From Catajapyx aquilonaris (taxonomy: Eukaryota), in NCBI GenBank assembly GCA_000934665.2, contig JYFJ02001276.1:1-64000 (forward strand): DNA of 64,000 nucleotides, written 5' to 3'. The notes beneath the pieces were generated by a model. That model was not told the DNA's origin. It did not search any database and worked only from the letters and a program-made list of their open reading frames with translations. The position numbers and the translations under genes were made by a program. This document shows, in pieces, positions 38,538 to 51,300 of this stretch (the first letter of the stretch is position 1; the number at the start of each line of letters is the position of its first letter).

Positions 38538-38995
38538 GCTGAACCCACGGCTGATGCTGGATGCAACATGGCTCTTTCTCAAGGGGCTTTTAGGGCGCGG
38601 GGTGACTGCTGCTGGCTGCCTTCCTTCCTCCTTCACACCACCACCACTACTGTGACACTACTTCACACACACACTGACTGGAGGGAGGCGCCTGCCCTTG
38701 GGCCGGGACCAGGGTCGGGGGGCGCTGGCAGCACGGGCTCTCCCCAACCCCAGAGAGGTCCTGCCTGCCCTGCGATTAACCTTCCCCGACCTGTCCCAAG
38801 TCTGCCATCTTCAGTTGTTGCTAAGCCAGGGCGGGTTTTCACTGCCTCGCTCCAGGTCACGTCTCTGGTCGTCTCACGACCATCAAAGCGCGTGCGTCCT
38901 GTCCGCCGATTGGGGCGCTCCTCCTTACTGTCACATGTAAACCGGACCTGGTCATACCCTCGAAGAAAACGCGGGCTGTTGTTAAGCACAGTGTG

Positions 38996-39171
38996 ATTGG
39001 TTGCACGTTCAGATGCGGACCAATGGAGGACCGGTTTTGCCAGAGCAGCTGTGGATTTGCGGGCCAATAGCATCGCGGCTGGATCCATATTGGACGTCTC
39101 CTGGTTGCTCATTGGCCAGATAGGACGCCATCTTGGAGCCCCATGTGGCAATGAACACGTCCGCTGATTGG
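38996..39171. promoter_or_regulatory. CCAAT-box cluster and YY1-like site; probable CAPN15 promoter
   Basis: CCAAT/ATTGG at 38996, 39020, 39064, 39089, 39111 and 39167; cgccatctt at about 39126. Confidence 0.55.
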
Positions 39172-40475
39172 TCCGTCCACTTGTAACATGCCTGCTTAGT
39201 TCTCAGGCAAGCAAAAGGGATGGTCTTATGCGCGATTTGTCAGAAAATATGTTTCACCGCGATTGCTTTTGTTTGTTTGTTTGTTCGTTATAGATATCAA
39301 GAGAAATGCAGGCACAACCTACAACGCCTATCTACCAGGGTTTACTTTTACTTTGTACCGCTTTGTACGATGAATTTAATCTTCGGTTTCTGAAAAGCAG
39401 CCGAAATCGCACAACACACATTCTCCTCTCATTTTTATATGACCTGTCCGTATCGCGCATACATCGATGACCCTAACCGGGGCGTGATGGCCACCTCACA
39501 TGAGCATAGTCGCCGGTGACGCCCCAAGAAATGACTACATGCAGTGCATGGGATATCGGGATTTCGAAGTCTACCAGGCCAAAATGGAACCCGTCATCAG
39601 CACGTTTCTTCAGGTACACGATGTGCACATGGGGGCAGCATAGGTGATGCATGCATAGTAACATGACACACGCTAAAACATGTAGTCTTGTTACAATCAC
39701 AACAATCCACCTGAATGCGCTGCGGACTCATAAGGAGTAGATAATTATTGTCTTTTGATTTGGTTTATCCGCCTGCTCCTGGCAGGCGACAAGAAATTAC
39801 ATAAGACTCAGAGTGTACCTCTCCACGGAAATCTTTAGTAAAAGGCGAAAGATTTACACGAGGATTGAAGAGGAACCAGAGTATGAATTTCTGCTCGCAA
39901 CAGGCGCCCAGACCTACGCGGGACTGGACGTGCTCGATCCCCTCAACGCTCGCTATGAATCATCGTAGCAATTTAAATCACATCCTATGTGTGAAGAAAT
40001 GGATGTGTCAGCAACGGGTCGTCACGTATATTTCTGTCTGTCATTTTAAAAGTGCATTAATGTCAACTAGAAAGTTTAAAAAATTGCATATGTACAATTT
40101 TGCGGTTAGTTTTTCGTCCCCACACCCAGGTGGTGCTTCAAGCTTATGGATCCGGCCACTAGATGGCAGCTATCTATCTGGTATCCTGTAAAGTAGCAGC
40201 TGGTTTGTAACCGCGATGCTATTTCCACCCCGCCCAATACACATATGCACACGCACATATGTAACGAGGCTGGCTGGCTGGCCCTTGTTGTATTGCGTGG
40301 AGCAGAAACTGGATTAGTGCGGATGGAGTGCAGCCACAACATAATGGTCGTCGTTAGCCCTCGTTTGCATCCTTCATTCGTCATAATCCGTCCTTGAGCT
40401 TGTTCTCCGCCCCCGCCACACCGGAAGGGGGGGAAAAAAGAAGAAGAAGAGGACCATCCCAGGGAGGCCTTCGAG

Positions 40476-43400
40476 ATGTCAAGCAGTAGCCTGGAAGTGG
40501 TGCACGAGGGATGGCTCACCAAGTCTCCTCCTTCCAAGGGACTCTGGAGGGCTGTGAGTATATGGCAGGGAAAGGGAGACACATGGGAACTGAACCTGGC
40601 CCCGACCGGGCCCACTTTATACAAGTGGACCAGGTACAGAAAAGGAGACAGGTCGTTTACATTGGGAACTGAACCTGGACTAGATCCGGCCCGTTTGTAT
40701 GTGGACCAGGTCCATGGAAGGAGACAAGGCATTTTCATTTGGAACTGAACCTGGTCCAGACCCGGCCCACTTCCAGTCGGGCTGGATTCAGAAATGGTGC
40801 AGGGAGACACGTTTCGTGTCGTTTACATTAGGTGACCTGGTCCAGACACACGCTGGTTCCAGAACTGGTTCAGTTTCCTCATTGCACACACAAGTTGCAG
40901 GAAAGTAGGGCATGTGGCCATCTTCTCTAATTGATGAGCTGTTGTTGAGCATTGTCGTTCGTTAGAATGGGAGGTGCTGAGGGGGTGGAGTTTTGTCACT
41001 TTAGGTGTTTGTTGCTGCTTGTCAGACGATACATGATGGCGTATGTGTTGGAAGCGTAGCTTCTCATTGCTTATTCAGGTTTAATTCTGGTTGCTGATAA
41101 GGGGGATGGATAGAGTGTGGTTGTGTCGTCAAGCTTGTTGATTAGATAACATGCCTTTTTTGAGTGACCTGGGGCATAAGAGAGTAATTCCTGTTAAATC
41201 TACCTCTCTGATAAATCTATGTTGTAGGGAAGGTCGTGAGGCCCAAGTCATCATTCTTATCATCAAGGCTATTCACACCTAACCTAACCTAACGTTGTTT
41301 GTCATATTGATACGATATTGTATTGACACAAACATGTTGGACCAAGGAGGCTGCAGTATTGCAGAATCATCTTGTGTTTTTGGGCATGGGAAGCTGGTTA
41401 TTTGTTTCGATAGTTGTTTTTTTCCACTCTGATCAGCAGGATCATGCGCTAAACAAAAACCAGCAAATCCACTTTTTTCAAGGAAGAGGGAGAAACCATT
41501 TGCAATGAAGTAGAAGCAAATGCATTAATGATAATATACAGTACTCGTTAAATGTGGGTGTAATTAAGTTAAGTTTAGGAAGCTGATTTAACTGATGATC
41601 AGTGGGTGGGGCCTTTTGATGAACTGATCGGCAGTAATAAGTTGCACTCAAGTGTAGAATCTAGCAAGGTGACTGGTGCATGAATCATGGTACTTTGCTG
41701 ACATGTCTGAATGCTTATTTCACAATGGACGCATACTTATTTTGTTAATATTCACTGGGCACAAAATGACATCAGTGTAACGTGACATATTATTTTATGT
41801 TGTCATGCAGGATGGTGAGAATAATGTCTTGTTTATGTCCATTAATCTTGCTTTATCTGTGCAGAGCTAATCAATAGTACCCAAGGTTACTTAGAAGGAG
41901 CACTAAACTTGACATCATCATACATATTTGTGCAATTGTGGATGCTTAGATAATGACTGTTTGACTGATGTATAAACTATGTGCAGTACAGTGTAATTAT
42001 GGTGGGTGTAAATAATAATTATTCTAGATGTAATTCTTATTAAAGTCACTCAAGTTTTCATACTGTATTAGTCTTTTCAGATTTTATTTTTACAGGACTC
42101 CATTTCTGAAGTACGCATACAAGTTCTTTCACTCTCAGAATGAACACATTGCTTATTATTTATAGCACAGAGTGATGATGACCTTTGACATAGTTGCTGC
42201 ATGTTGTACTTTAAATCATTCCCTTCAATATTGCACTGTTGTATGTCCCTAATTTAATGAAGCGAGGTTAGATTAGGTTTCAACTTCTTTGTCAAGTACC
42301 AAGTCTTATTCAGTAGAAGAAGTTATGATCTTGCATTGTATGACCCATTTGTGAGACCCAAAGAGCTCTGGTAATCTTCCTCATAAAATCCTGTAGTGTC
42401 AGCGTCACTTGCTTCAATCTCCTATGCAAGGGACATTGAGCCGCACAGCTTCATTGTCCAAGGTCACCCTAACCTTATTTACCCTGACCCCCAACAATAA
42501 TGCTGCGCTTATATGTAATACTAATAGGCTCGTCTGTCCTTCTCCCGCTTATTTTTAGAAGTGGAGGCGCCGTTGGTTTGTACTGCGTCACTCTGGGGAG
42601 CTACCGGGTCAGTTTGTGCTGGAATATTTTGCAGACTGCAACTGCCAGAAGCTGAAAGGCAGAATTGACCTTGACCAGTGCGAACAGGTGGATGCAGGGT
42701 TAACATTCAAGCAAGGGAAACACCGATACCAGTACCTATTTGATGTGCGTACCCCCAAGAGAGTGTACTACCTGGCCGCAGAGTCAGAGGCAGACATGGC
42801 CAAGTGGGTCGACTGCATCTGCCAGGTCTGCGGGCTTAAAGCTTACAACCGAGAGGACGAGTGTAAGTATCTTTCTTTACGAACCTACAGCTTAACTGCG
42901 TGTTAAAGAATGAGAGGTCACTTCAAAGGCCGTTTTATCATAATAAGGCCCTGTTTACATGCGAGAGATTTGATCAGCGATAAGCCCAATTGTTTGGGGC
43001 GTAAGTAACAATTGATTTTTGTCCCCAAACAATTGGATTCATCGCTTTTAATACATGTAAATGCTGCATTATGCAAACATTAATTATTAACATTGTTCTT
43101 TTGCAGACTACGACTACATGCCACCAGCAGATGGTAGCAGTGTTGGTGGGAACAGCCTTGCACCTTCAACAGCCCCTTCTTCGTCAGGTTCATCCCGTTC
43201 GCCCTCACCTCCCCCTGCAAACCCGTCTCCCTTTCCCTCGCCTTCACCTCATCGCACACCGTCCCCGTCTCCACCCCACTCCCCGTCCAGCTCTATATCA
43301 GGACCATACATCCCAATAAGTGAGTGCATTACTGGCAGACCAATCCGAGGCTCAATAGAGGAGGCTGAGTTCTACGACATGCCCAGGAGGCTAGGTCCAG

Positions 43401-44672
43401 CCCCTGAGGTCAACTGGAACACCTATCCAAGGGCGGAATCTAGTGACAGGGACACTGGAAGCATTCGACAGGGTGGGGTTAGCCCAGCAAACCCTGCCTT
43501 GGTCTCTGCCCCTCCCCGCCCACCAAAGCCAGCCCACTTGAGGGACACTCTACCTAGTGAAGCTGTTCCGATTGTCACTGAAAATGCTGACGCACCAGCT
43601 GGTGATCCTGAAGTGACACCCACTTGTGAAACCCCACCCACTGCAACTCTTGATGACACCTACGACTTTCCAAGGAGTCACACTGCAGAGAAGCGAGGCT
43701 GCTACACCAACGCTGCCCCGGGGCAGGCTGATGGAACTGTTTTCTTTTATGACTTTCAGACAGCAGGTCCCGACGGCACGGCTCCTCCTCCACCAGTTGT
43801 CAACCGGCAACTTAAGCCAGGAAGGAAGACATCTGACAGCGTCGTTTCTGGCTCCACCTCATCTCTTCGTGATTGGACTGCAGGTAACTGTAAGATTGAT
43901 AATGATGATAAAGTGATTTACCACTAGTAACTGATTATGCAAATTAGATGCTTTTGACTTTGACCGCAGCCAAAATGTCATTTAATTACAGCTAATTAAC
44001 TTGTTTCAGTGGGATCTAGCCAAACATTGCCTTCCTCCTGGGTTCCTCCTCCATCTGTTGACCGGACACTCAAGCCTCACCGTCCACTGCTAAACTCAGT
44101 CCGGTGGAAGGGGCGCAGGCGATCAGAGGCATCCAGTTCTGATGATGACGTTACACTCAATGCGGATGGAACTTGGGCCAGTCTGGATGAACAGGTAGAG
44201 TGATTGAATTTGTGTACCATTGCCTCAACGTGATAATCACAATAGGAAGCAATGACTATCGACAATTAAAAGTAACAATTAATGGCTAGTGGCCTCAAAC
44301 CCTAATTACATTTCCGGGCGTGCATCTGAGAGTCTGTATGCTGCATTTTGGCAAATTCATATCGCCAATTATTATTCTGCAATTTTTATCTTGACGTCAG
44401 ACATTCTTATGGACATAATGTTCTAGGCACTTCGATATGGTGGTGGCCGAAGAGGTGATGAGATCCAGTACTTGGACCTGGACCTTGAGTCAGAGGGTGC
44501 AGGAAAGGGGGACTGGATGGAACCTGGATCAGGACCTGAGACGGGTGGAGGAATAGTTGAGCCCTCTCCTGGTGTGGTCTACGACAAAGTGGACTTTGTG
44601 AAGACCAATGCTTTCAATAAGACCAGACATGATGCCGAGGCGATGCGGAAACCCAAGGCAAACAATGCGTGA
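40476..44672 (+). CDS. dos: Gab-family docking protein / daughter of sevenless; exons 40476-40553, 42559-42862, 43107-43883, 44010-44194, 44427-44672
   Basis: N-terminal PH domain (HEGWLTKSPP..., KWRRRWFVL, KGRIDLDQCEQVD, YYLAAESEADMAKWVDCICQVCG); PPRPPKP and PxxxRxxKP Grb2/Drk-type motifs; C-terminal IQYLDL...VVYDKVDFVKT SHP2/Csw-type tandem tyrosines. Confidence 0.92.
40575..40870. repeat. Degenerate minisatellite of ~75-80 bp, 3-4 copies, at the start of dos intron 1
   Basis: Recurring ggagaca...ggaactgaacctgg...ccggccc...gtggaccagg. Confidence 0.75.
42947..43068. mobile_element. PIF/Harbinger-like MITE (intronic)
   Basis: taa|ggccctgtttacatg ... catgtaaatgctgca|tta, plus an internal inverted repeat ccaattgtttgggg / ccccaaacaattgg. 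Confidence 0.6.
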
Positions 44673-45319
44673 CATGTTTCATTACCAGACACACACACAC
44701 ATATATGCGCATAGATCTCATATCCCTTCTCCTACTGTTTTTTTAAAAGTGCCTTTTAAAATGTTTCGATATGCGTATCGAGCTATATTGATATTGCTTG
44801 TATATATGCCCCGAGATTCAGTGGAATCCTTGCAAGTTTCATGTGTCTCTCTTCTTCCTGGTGTGATGTTCACATGTAAAATGTGGATAGTACCGGAATA
44901 TTCTTCCCTGGTAGCTCAAGAGTTCCTTCAAATGCAATTACATGGTTCGCTATGTACAGCACAGATCAATCTAATGCTAATATTTTCAAGAATGTGGTCC
45001 TTCATTATCACATGGGAGCTGGTTTAGCCAAAATATTGCATCATAAATAATATATTTACAAATTCTATTAAATAGTCACCCTGTGCCTGTGCAAGCTTCT
45101 CTCGTAGGTTTTAGACCTACGCCACTCCTGACAGCTCATGACAAGCACTTGCAAGGATTTCTACAGGAAATGCAATTGGTGCTCATCTATTTTCCAGTCA
45201 CAAGTGTGTTCATGAAATTATTACCCCAACATGTTTGGCCTAAGTGCTCCATCTTACGGTTCTTGGAACCAAAAAATAAAGTTTGACAATCATGGCAAAT
45301 AGTTCAATGTAATTTCCTC

Positions 45320-48300
45320 TTAGTAATTAAGTGCGCATATTAACGCTACACCTCTCTTGACCCAGTGCTTGGGCTCCTTCTGGGATGGCAGTTCCATAGT
45401 TAGGACGTAGTTCGTCGAGTGCCCAGTGGTTGAGAGCGTCCCTGCCCTGCTGAGTGTCTTGTAAACAGGGCACATGTAATTATCAACGTTCTTTTTGTAG
45501 TTGACTTCTGGCACAAGCCAAATGGGAGGCATGGATGTGTGGAGCTCCTTAGGACGGGACTCGGCCAGGTAATGGGTAACTGAGTCCCATCTAGCCCCCT
45601 CCATGTACAGGCCTTTTATGTAGCAGCCATCGTCTGGAGAAACTAGTGGCACTTCCTCATCTGTCACCTATCAGTCAGTTAACAAAGCAGAAGTGTCAAG
45701 AAAAAATATTTCAGATAATATTTTCTTAGCTCAAACCTACGTCTAGTCAAAGCCTGAGGACACAACAAGAGGTTAAGTGTTCCGTATGGTATTTTTGTAA
45801 TGTGCATGGCTGGAAATGCTGCTGGAAATTAATATTAACAACTAGAATTTACCTCTTATACTGCACATTACATAACCAACAGTTTTAACCTACGTGGTGG
45901 ACTTTGAATCAGGGGTGCTTTACCTTAAAAGAAAATTCAATGGTGTCTATGGATATGACGTGCTTCCTCGCAAAATTCTGCAGCGTCCCTGTGAGGAACG
46001 CCTGTGGAAAAAAGAAACCCGATACCCAGAAGATCACGGGAGGTCCGTCATGCACCCACTGGTTCAGGAAGCTAACTCTGTCCCTCAGGTCAGCAGCCCA
46101 GGAACCTGTTGTGAAATAATAAGAATGCATAGAGAATACAGTATTTCATCGATGTCTGAATGGGTAGAGGTATTCCAGCATGAGCAGTCACACAAAATCA
46201 TGAAATGAATGGCACCAACTAATTTCCTGTATTTCCATTAGTACCTGCCTGATACGTTTCATAATAATTGTAATAAAAGGGAAATATTAAATGATTTTCT
46301 ACAGCACCCAGAATTGGTGTCATGGATATTAATTGAACTTGTGCTAATTTCCATTCCTAAAGCAGTTGAAGAGACAATGACAAAATAATAGAGGAGGAGT
46401 TTGCCAATTAAACCAAATAATGGAGTGGGCACTATTCTAATTTGCAATTATTTGTGTTGTTCCATATCACATGTCATTTGGGTTCCACTTACATCCAATA
46501 ATCAAAACTGCGGCCTTGGGAGAGAGCTCGTAGCTGGATGCCAAAGTGCACTTACCTAGGGGCTTCAGAGATGGATATGCCTTGGAGGCCCATTTTGCGG
46601 GAACGGCATTGGTGAAGAGTGAGTTGGACATGAGCTCCAGGGGCTGCGACATCACCTGCAGCCCCTGCAGAGCTCTGAGGAGATCTTTCAAGCTCTGTTT
46701 TATCTCAGACAGCAGACGGTTGAAACGAATAGCTTCCTGGATCAGCACCGTGTTCAAAGACTCGGTGTACAGCACTGGGTAGCTGCAATTACATGCAATA
46801 GGAACAGTTCACCTTCCACTCTGGAAATGTGGTGGCAGACACTTTGTTGTCAAAAGACATGGTATATGCTGTGTTCCCGTCTCCGCAGATACTATTGCAC
46901 AAAAATATGACTGCACAACTAGTGAATCACTCTGTAGTTCTTTGTAGCGAGTACTATATGGCCTGAAAATTCACTACTCACCTTTCCATGATAGCTGACA
47001 TGACAAACAAGTCTGGCGTGCTTTCCAGCAGCCTCCTGGCTGTGCTGGCCACTATCTCCTCAGGAGAGAGGACTGTTTTGACCACTTCTTCTTCTTCATC
47101 CTCCTCGTCATCCCCACCCCCACCTCCACCACCCCCCTTGGGCTGCAATGCCAGTAGGGTTGCGAGGCATGTGTAAGCCTCATTCTGAGCGAAGGAAATC
47201 TCTGCGTTGGCATGAAGCCCAAACAGAGCCGGGTGGTCATAGAGTGGGAGGTTGCGAAGGTATGTTAGGTATTCCTTGTGTGTGGATTCATGTGATATTT
47301 GGTAATATGAGGCTGAGGCGTCTTCATCAAAGCAGTGACTTTCCATGACTGCTTCAGGGCAGTAGTAGTCCCCCAGCACATTGAGGAGGCATCGCCGATC
47401 CCAGTCGTCAGTTACTCGTCCACCATAATTGATCTCACCTGCTGTGTATTTCAGTACCTTGAATATCAATGATACACCAGTTATTATTTGTATGTTCCTG
47501 AAAGTACGAGTGCAAATATCTGTATTGATATGGACATGTTTATGAACTGTGTGGCTAGCTAGAGGGTCCAAGGCCAGAGAGCATTTAACTCAGCAAAAAA
47601 CGAAGGGTCTGCCTGTTATTAATTGTTGACAAAACCCAACCAACAATTATTGATTCAAGGGGAAAACCCTATATTTTTGATAAATTGGCATGAGTTCGAA
47701 GCTCCCAGCCCCATGGGAAGCAGTACTACAAGGAGGACATTGCTGGAATTGGCTGTTTTCCACCACAGTCTCTGACCTTGAATGGTGGCCGTCCATACTC
47801 CAGCAGGAACATCTTTAGTTGGGACACGCATATACGTAGGTCGCCATCAGTGAACTCATATGGGATGTTGAATCCAAGGGCCCCAAACTTACGTCGCTCC
47901 AAGCACACACCATGGAAGAGACAAAGGGAGAAGAGAAGGCAGCGGAAGTCTCCTGCAGTGTGTACAAACTTCTCATGCTCTTCATTCTCAGTGTTCTTGT
48001 AGGCAGCCGTCGCAGCATGTACTACTGATTCCATAAACTCCTTGGTGACGTGAGTGTTGTATGCCTTCAGAAGGGTGGCCTTGATGCCACGAGGCGGTTC
48101 CACTGTCAGCTTAGCTCCGTTCTGGAGGATGGAGACTGGAAAGGAAGCTGATGGGAGAGAAGTCAGCCACAGCCTAAATTCTCGATGGATATGCTCTGGG
48201 TTCATGCGCTCTACCAATCTCTCCAGGCTTGGCATCCAGCTTGGGGCCAGATGACAGTTCTAAGTGTATGGAAATACAGGAATTAGTCTGAAGGAGTCAG

Positions 48301-51300
48301 AGGAGATTTCCTGGCACATGCGCAGGCCTCATTATTACTATCACACGTTTTATAAACCAATTTCTTGGACGCCAAAGGAAACACCTGCATTTGAGGCCCA
48401 GAAATGTTAAATCCATCATTGTCCTGCCAGTTATAACTAACCTGGAAGAACAGCCAGCATCCATCCAGGGTGGCCATCTTAAACAGCTCCTCTGCCTTAG
48501 GTCCCTGTCCCTGTCCTAGCGAGCAAGCATGCAGCTTCTGCACAAAGTTCATCTCCTCTGCAAATTTATACAAGTCAGAGGCAGGGTCTGTCCCTGGAGA
48601 GAGTACTATGAGCAACGGAGTGGTGGAGTTGGACTCGAGGAAGATGGATGAAAGGGCAGTGGTTTGGGGCTCTACAAAGCGCTGACCAAGAAACTTTGCC
48701 ACAAAGTCTTGGAAAGCGTTTGTTATGCGGTCTGGCCGGAAAGCCTTCAACACAAGGAGGCGCTTGAAGTCGTCCAGGATTGTACCGAATTCCCCAGGCA
48801 GCCTTTCTCTGTGAGCAAAAGTTATGTTACACAGTGTATGGGAAACACAAGGTGACTGACTCTAACTGTAAGGGCCAGTTGCACCAGGACAATAAGGTTC
48901 AGGTTCAGTTGTGGGCATGCCCTTGTTAGTAATAATTGTTGCCAAACAATGAGCACATAATTATTAATGACAAGAAGTGTAGATCTGCACCTGAACCTGG
49001 CTCTTGTGTTGGTGCAACCAGCTGTGTCTTAAATTTTGAAATTTCAAACAATCTGCTTGCTATTCAGAACCTTCGTATGCACCATCTTTGACTGCCCCGA
49101 AATGAATTAATGAATGCACCCGGCACAAGACATGTTGACGCTTAGGAGCAAGAAAAAAAAAAGGGATATTGATGCTAATCACCAAAAAAATAATTGAAGA
49201 CCTCAGGGGAAGAACTATCAAGGTCCACTCAGGTGAAACCGAGGTATTCCATATTTAAATTTCGAAGGCCCATAAGCTTCTATTGTAAATCCCACTTCCA
49301 TAGTGACCTATGATCATTACTCCACAGCCACGACCAATCCATCATATTCTACACTAGTGAAAGTATCTTCTGAGATATGTAACTAATTTTTGACAACATG
49401 TGGACCTTGATGGTTCTTCCCCCGAGGTCTTCAATTTGTGTTAAATGATAGTACATATACCAATTTTGTAAATGTGAACCTCCCTTGCTCTCCACTCATA
49501 GACGTGATGCTGTACACATTCATCATACCTGTGAGGCTCTGCTGAATCATAAACTCTCTTCCACGCTGCAAGGTTTGTATAAACGTGCACAGGAAGTGGC
49601 GAGAACACAGGTAGGAAATTAGAAAGGGCACACAGCTCCTGCCAGGCCCTTTGAGGGAGCCAATCAGGCGCAGGATTGGGTATCGCTGCTCCGGCGTCAT
49701 CTGATGACCCTCCTGTCAGCAGGAACATCCACTCATTTGGGTCGATATAGCCCCCATGCATCTGGAGGCGGGCAGTCATCAGGAAGGAAAAAGTAAGCTT
49801 GTGTTTCTCAAACAGAGATCGGCAGATGCTCGAGTACACATTGAATGTGAAGTGCTCATTAATTATCTCCACACGTTCTTCCACCGAGTCTGGGGACAAG
49901 AAAACACAGTTGTCACTGTTACGTCTCTGGAAAGGCATAGCCTCAAGAGTTACCGCAATAATTATTATGAGGTTATGACTAAACAATGAGATTAACTTAC
50001 CAGTGGGTGTGGAGCTCTGTATAGAGTTAATGAAAAGAGTAACAAAAAACTCAAGAGAGTACTGGTACATGGGGTCAGCTGCTGCCAGGTCAGCCACGCA
50101 GAAGAACAATATCTGAGCCCTGACTGCCACAGGGATGTAGAGGGAGCGTGTCGCATTGATCTGCAGGGATGTCTTCTCCGCAGCAGCCACCTTAATCTTG
50201 ATCTCAGTACTTGTCACCTTGGAGGCCTGCAACGTCTCAATCAGATCAATGTCATCCACAGGAGAGCCCTCTGAACTGGAGAGAAGTTCCAGGATCTTGT
50301 TCTCAATAGACACAAGGTCCTGCTGCATCTGAGCTTGCGACACCACCAGAGCATTCCTTGAGGCCTCCAGATCAGCACGCTCCTCTGCCACCACCAAGGC
50401 TAGCAGCTGGGCTTCCAGCCCAGCTGGAGCGAGGGCAAAGTTCACCAACAACACCTGAAAATGCAGAGAAGAGGCATTGCAGTATTTTATGTACAGCTTC
50501 TAAATATATTGTTGAGTGAAGTCGCTATGTCATTATTTAAAGTTGTTGGCCTGCATGCATAAAGAAGCAATCTGCTAACCTGTACTGCAAGTTCAGGTGA
50601 GTAGGACGGGTTTGGAAGCTTGGTGGTGATGTAGAGCCTGAAGGATTCATGGTACTGCACAACAGAATCCCCAAGTTTGATGACTAAAAACCCACCCTGC
50701 TTGAAAGTTTGCCTTTGAAGCACTGTTTCCAGGGCAGGGTCTAGCTCCTCCCCAACTCCCTCTAGTAGACAGGCCCTCCCAAGCCGTATGGCGGTCTCCA
50801 AGATGCGAAGGAAATCCTTGTCCGACAGTCGAGTCACCATCACTCCCTTTTCCTTCTCCGAGTTGCGAATCCACTTGTTGGCCTGCCCCTGAGGATCAAT
50901 CAGAAGAGGCCACCTGCGGGAGTTCTGCACCATTATCGCATTGTCAACTGACAAGTCATCCTGAGGCAGGCCTGCAAGTTGCCAGTTGCGAATGGTCACT
51001 GGGTCTCCAAAGGTGGCCCTCAAGGTAGGGGTTGATGTGTGGGGGATTCCAGCTTCATCCAGAGCTTCCAGCCACCTGAGAAAATGGAAATATCAAGAGC
51101 CAAGCAAAAAACATCAATCTTCTTTCCTTGTTGTGTATTACATGACATGATAATATTATATTTCATCATGCAATCAAAATCCATCATCATTGAGGTACGA
51201 ATTAATAAAACCAAGAATTTAAAAGACCACAGACTAATCACAGGATTGCATTGTAAAAGGTGTATGCATAGTGGTCCCTTTGACTTTTCAAAGTGTAATG

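Noticed and set aside
38223..38996. 257-aa + strand ORF and other long antisense ORFs over CAPN15, SLC6 and dynein exons
   Set aside because: GC-rich shadow frames of real coding exons or 5' regions, with no recognisable domains.
40106..40810. 234-aa minus-strand ORF
   Set aside because: Antisense to dos exon 1 and the intronic minisatellite; no protein-like features.
41278..41293. Interstitial (TTAGG)n telomere repeat
   Set aside because: Only about three units; too short to be informative.
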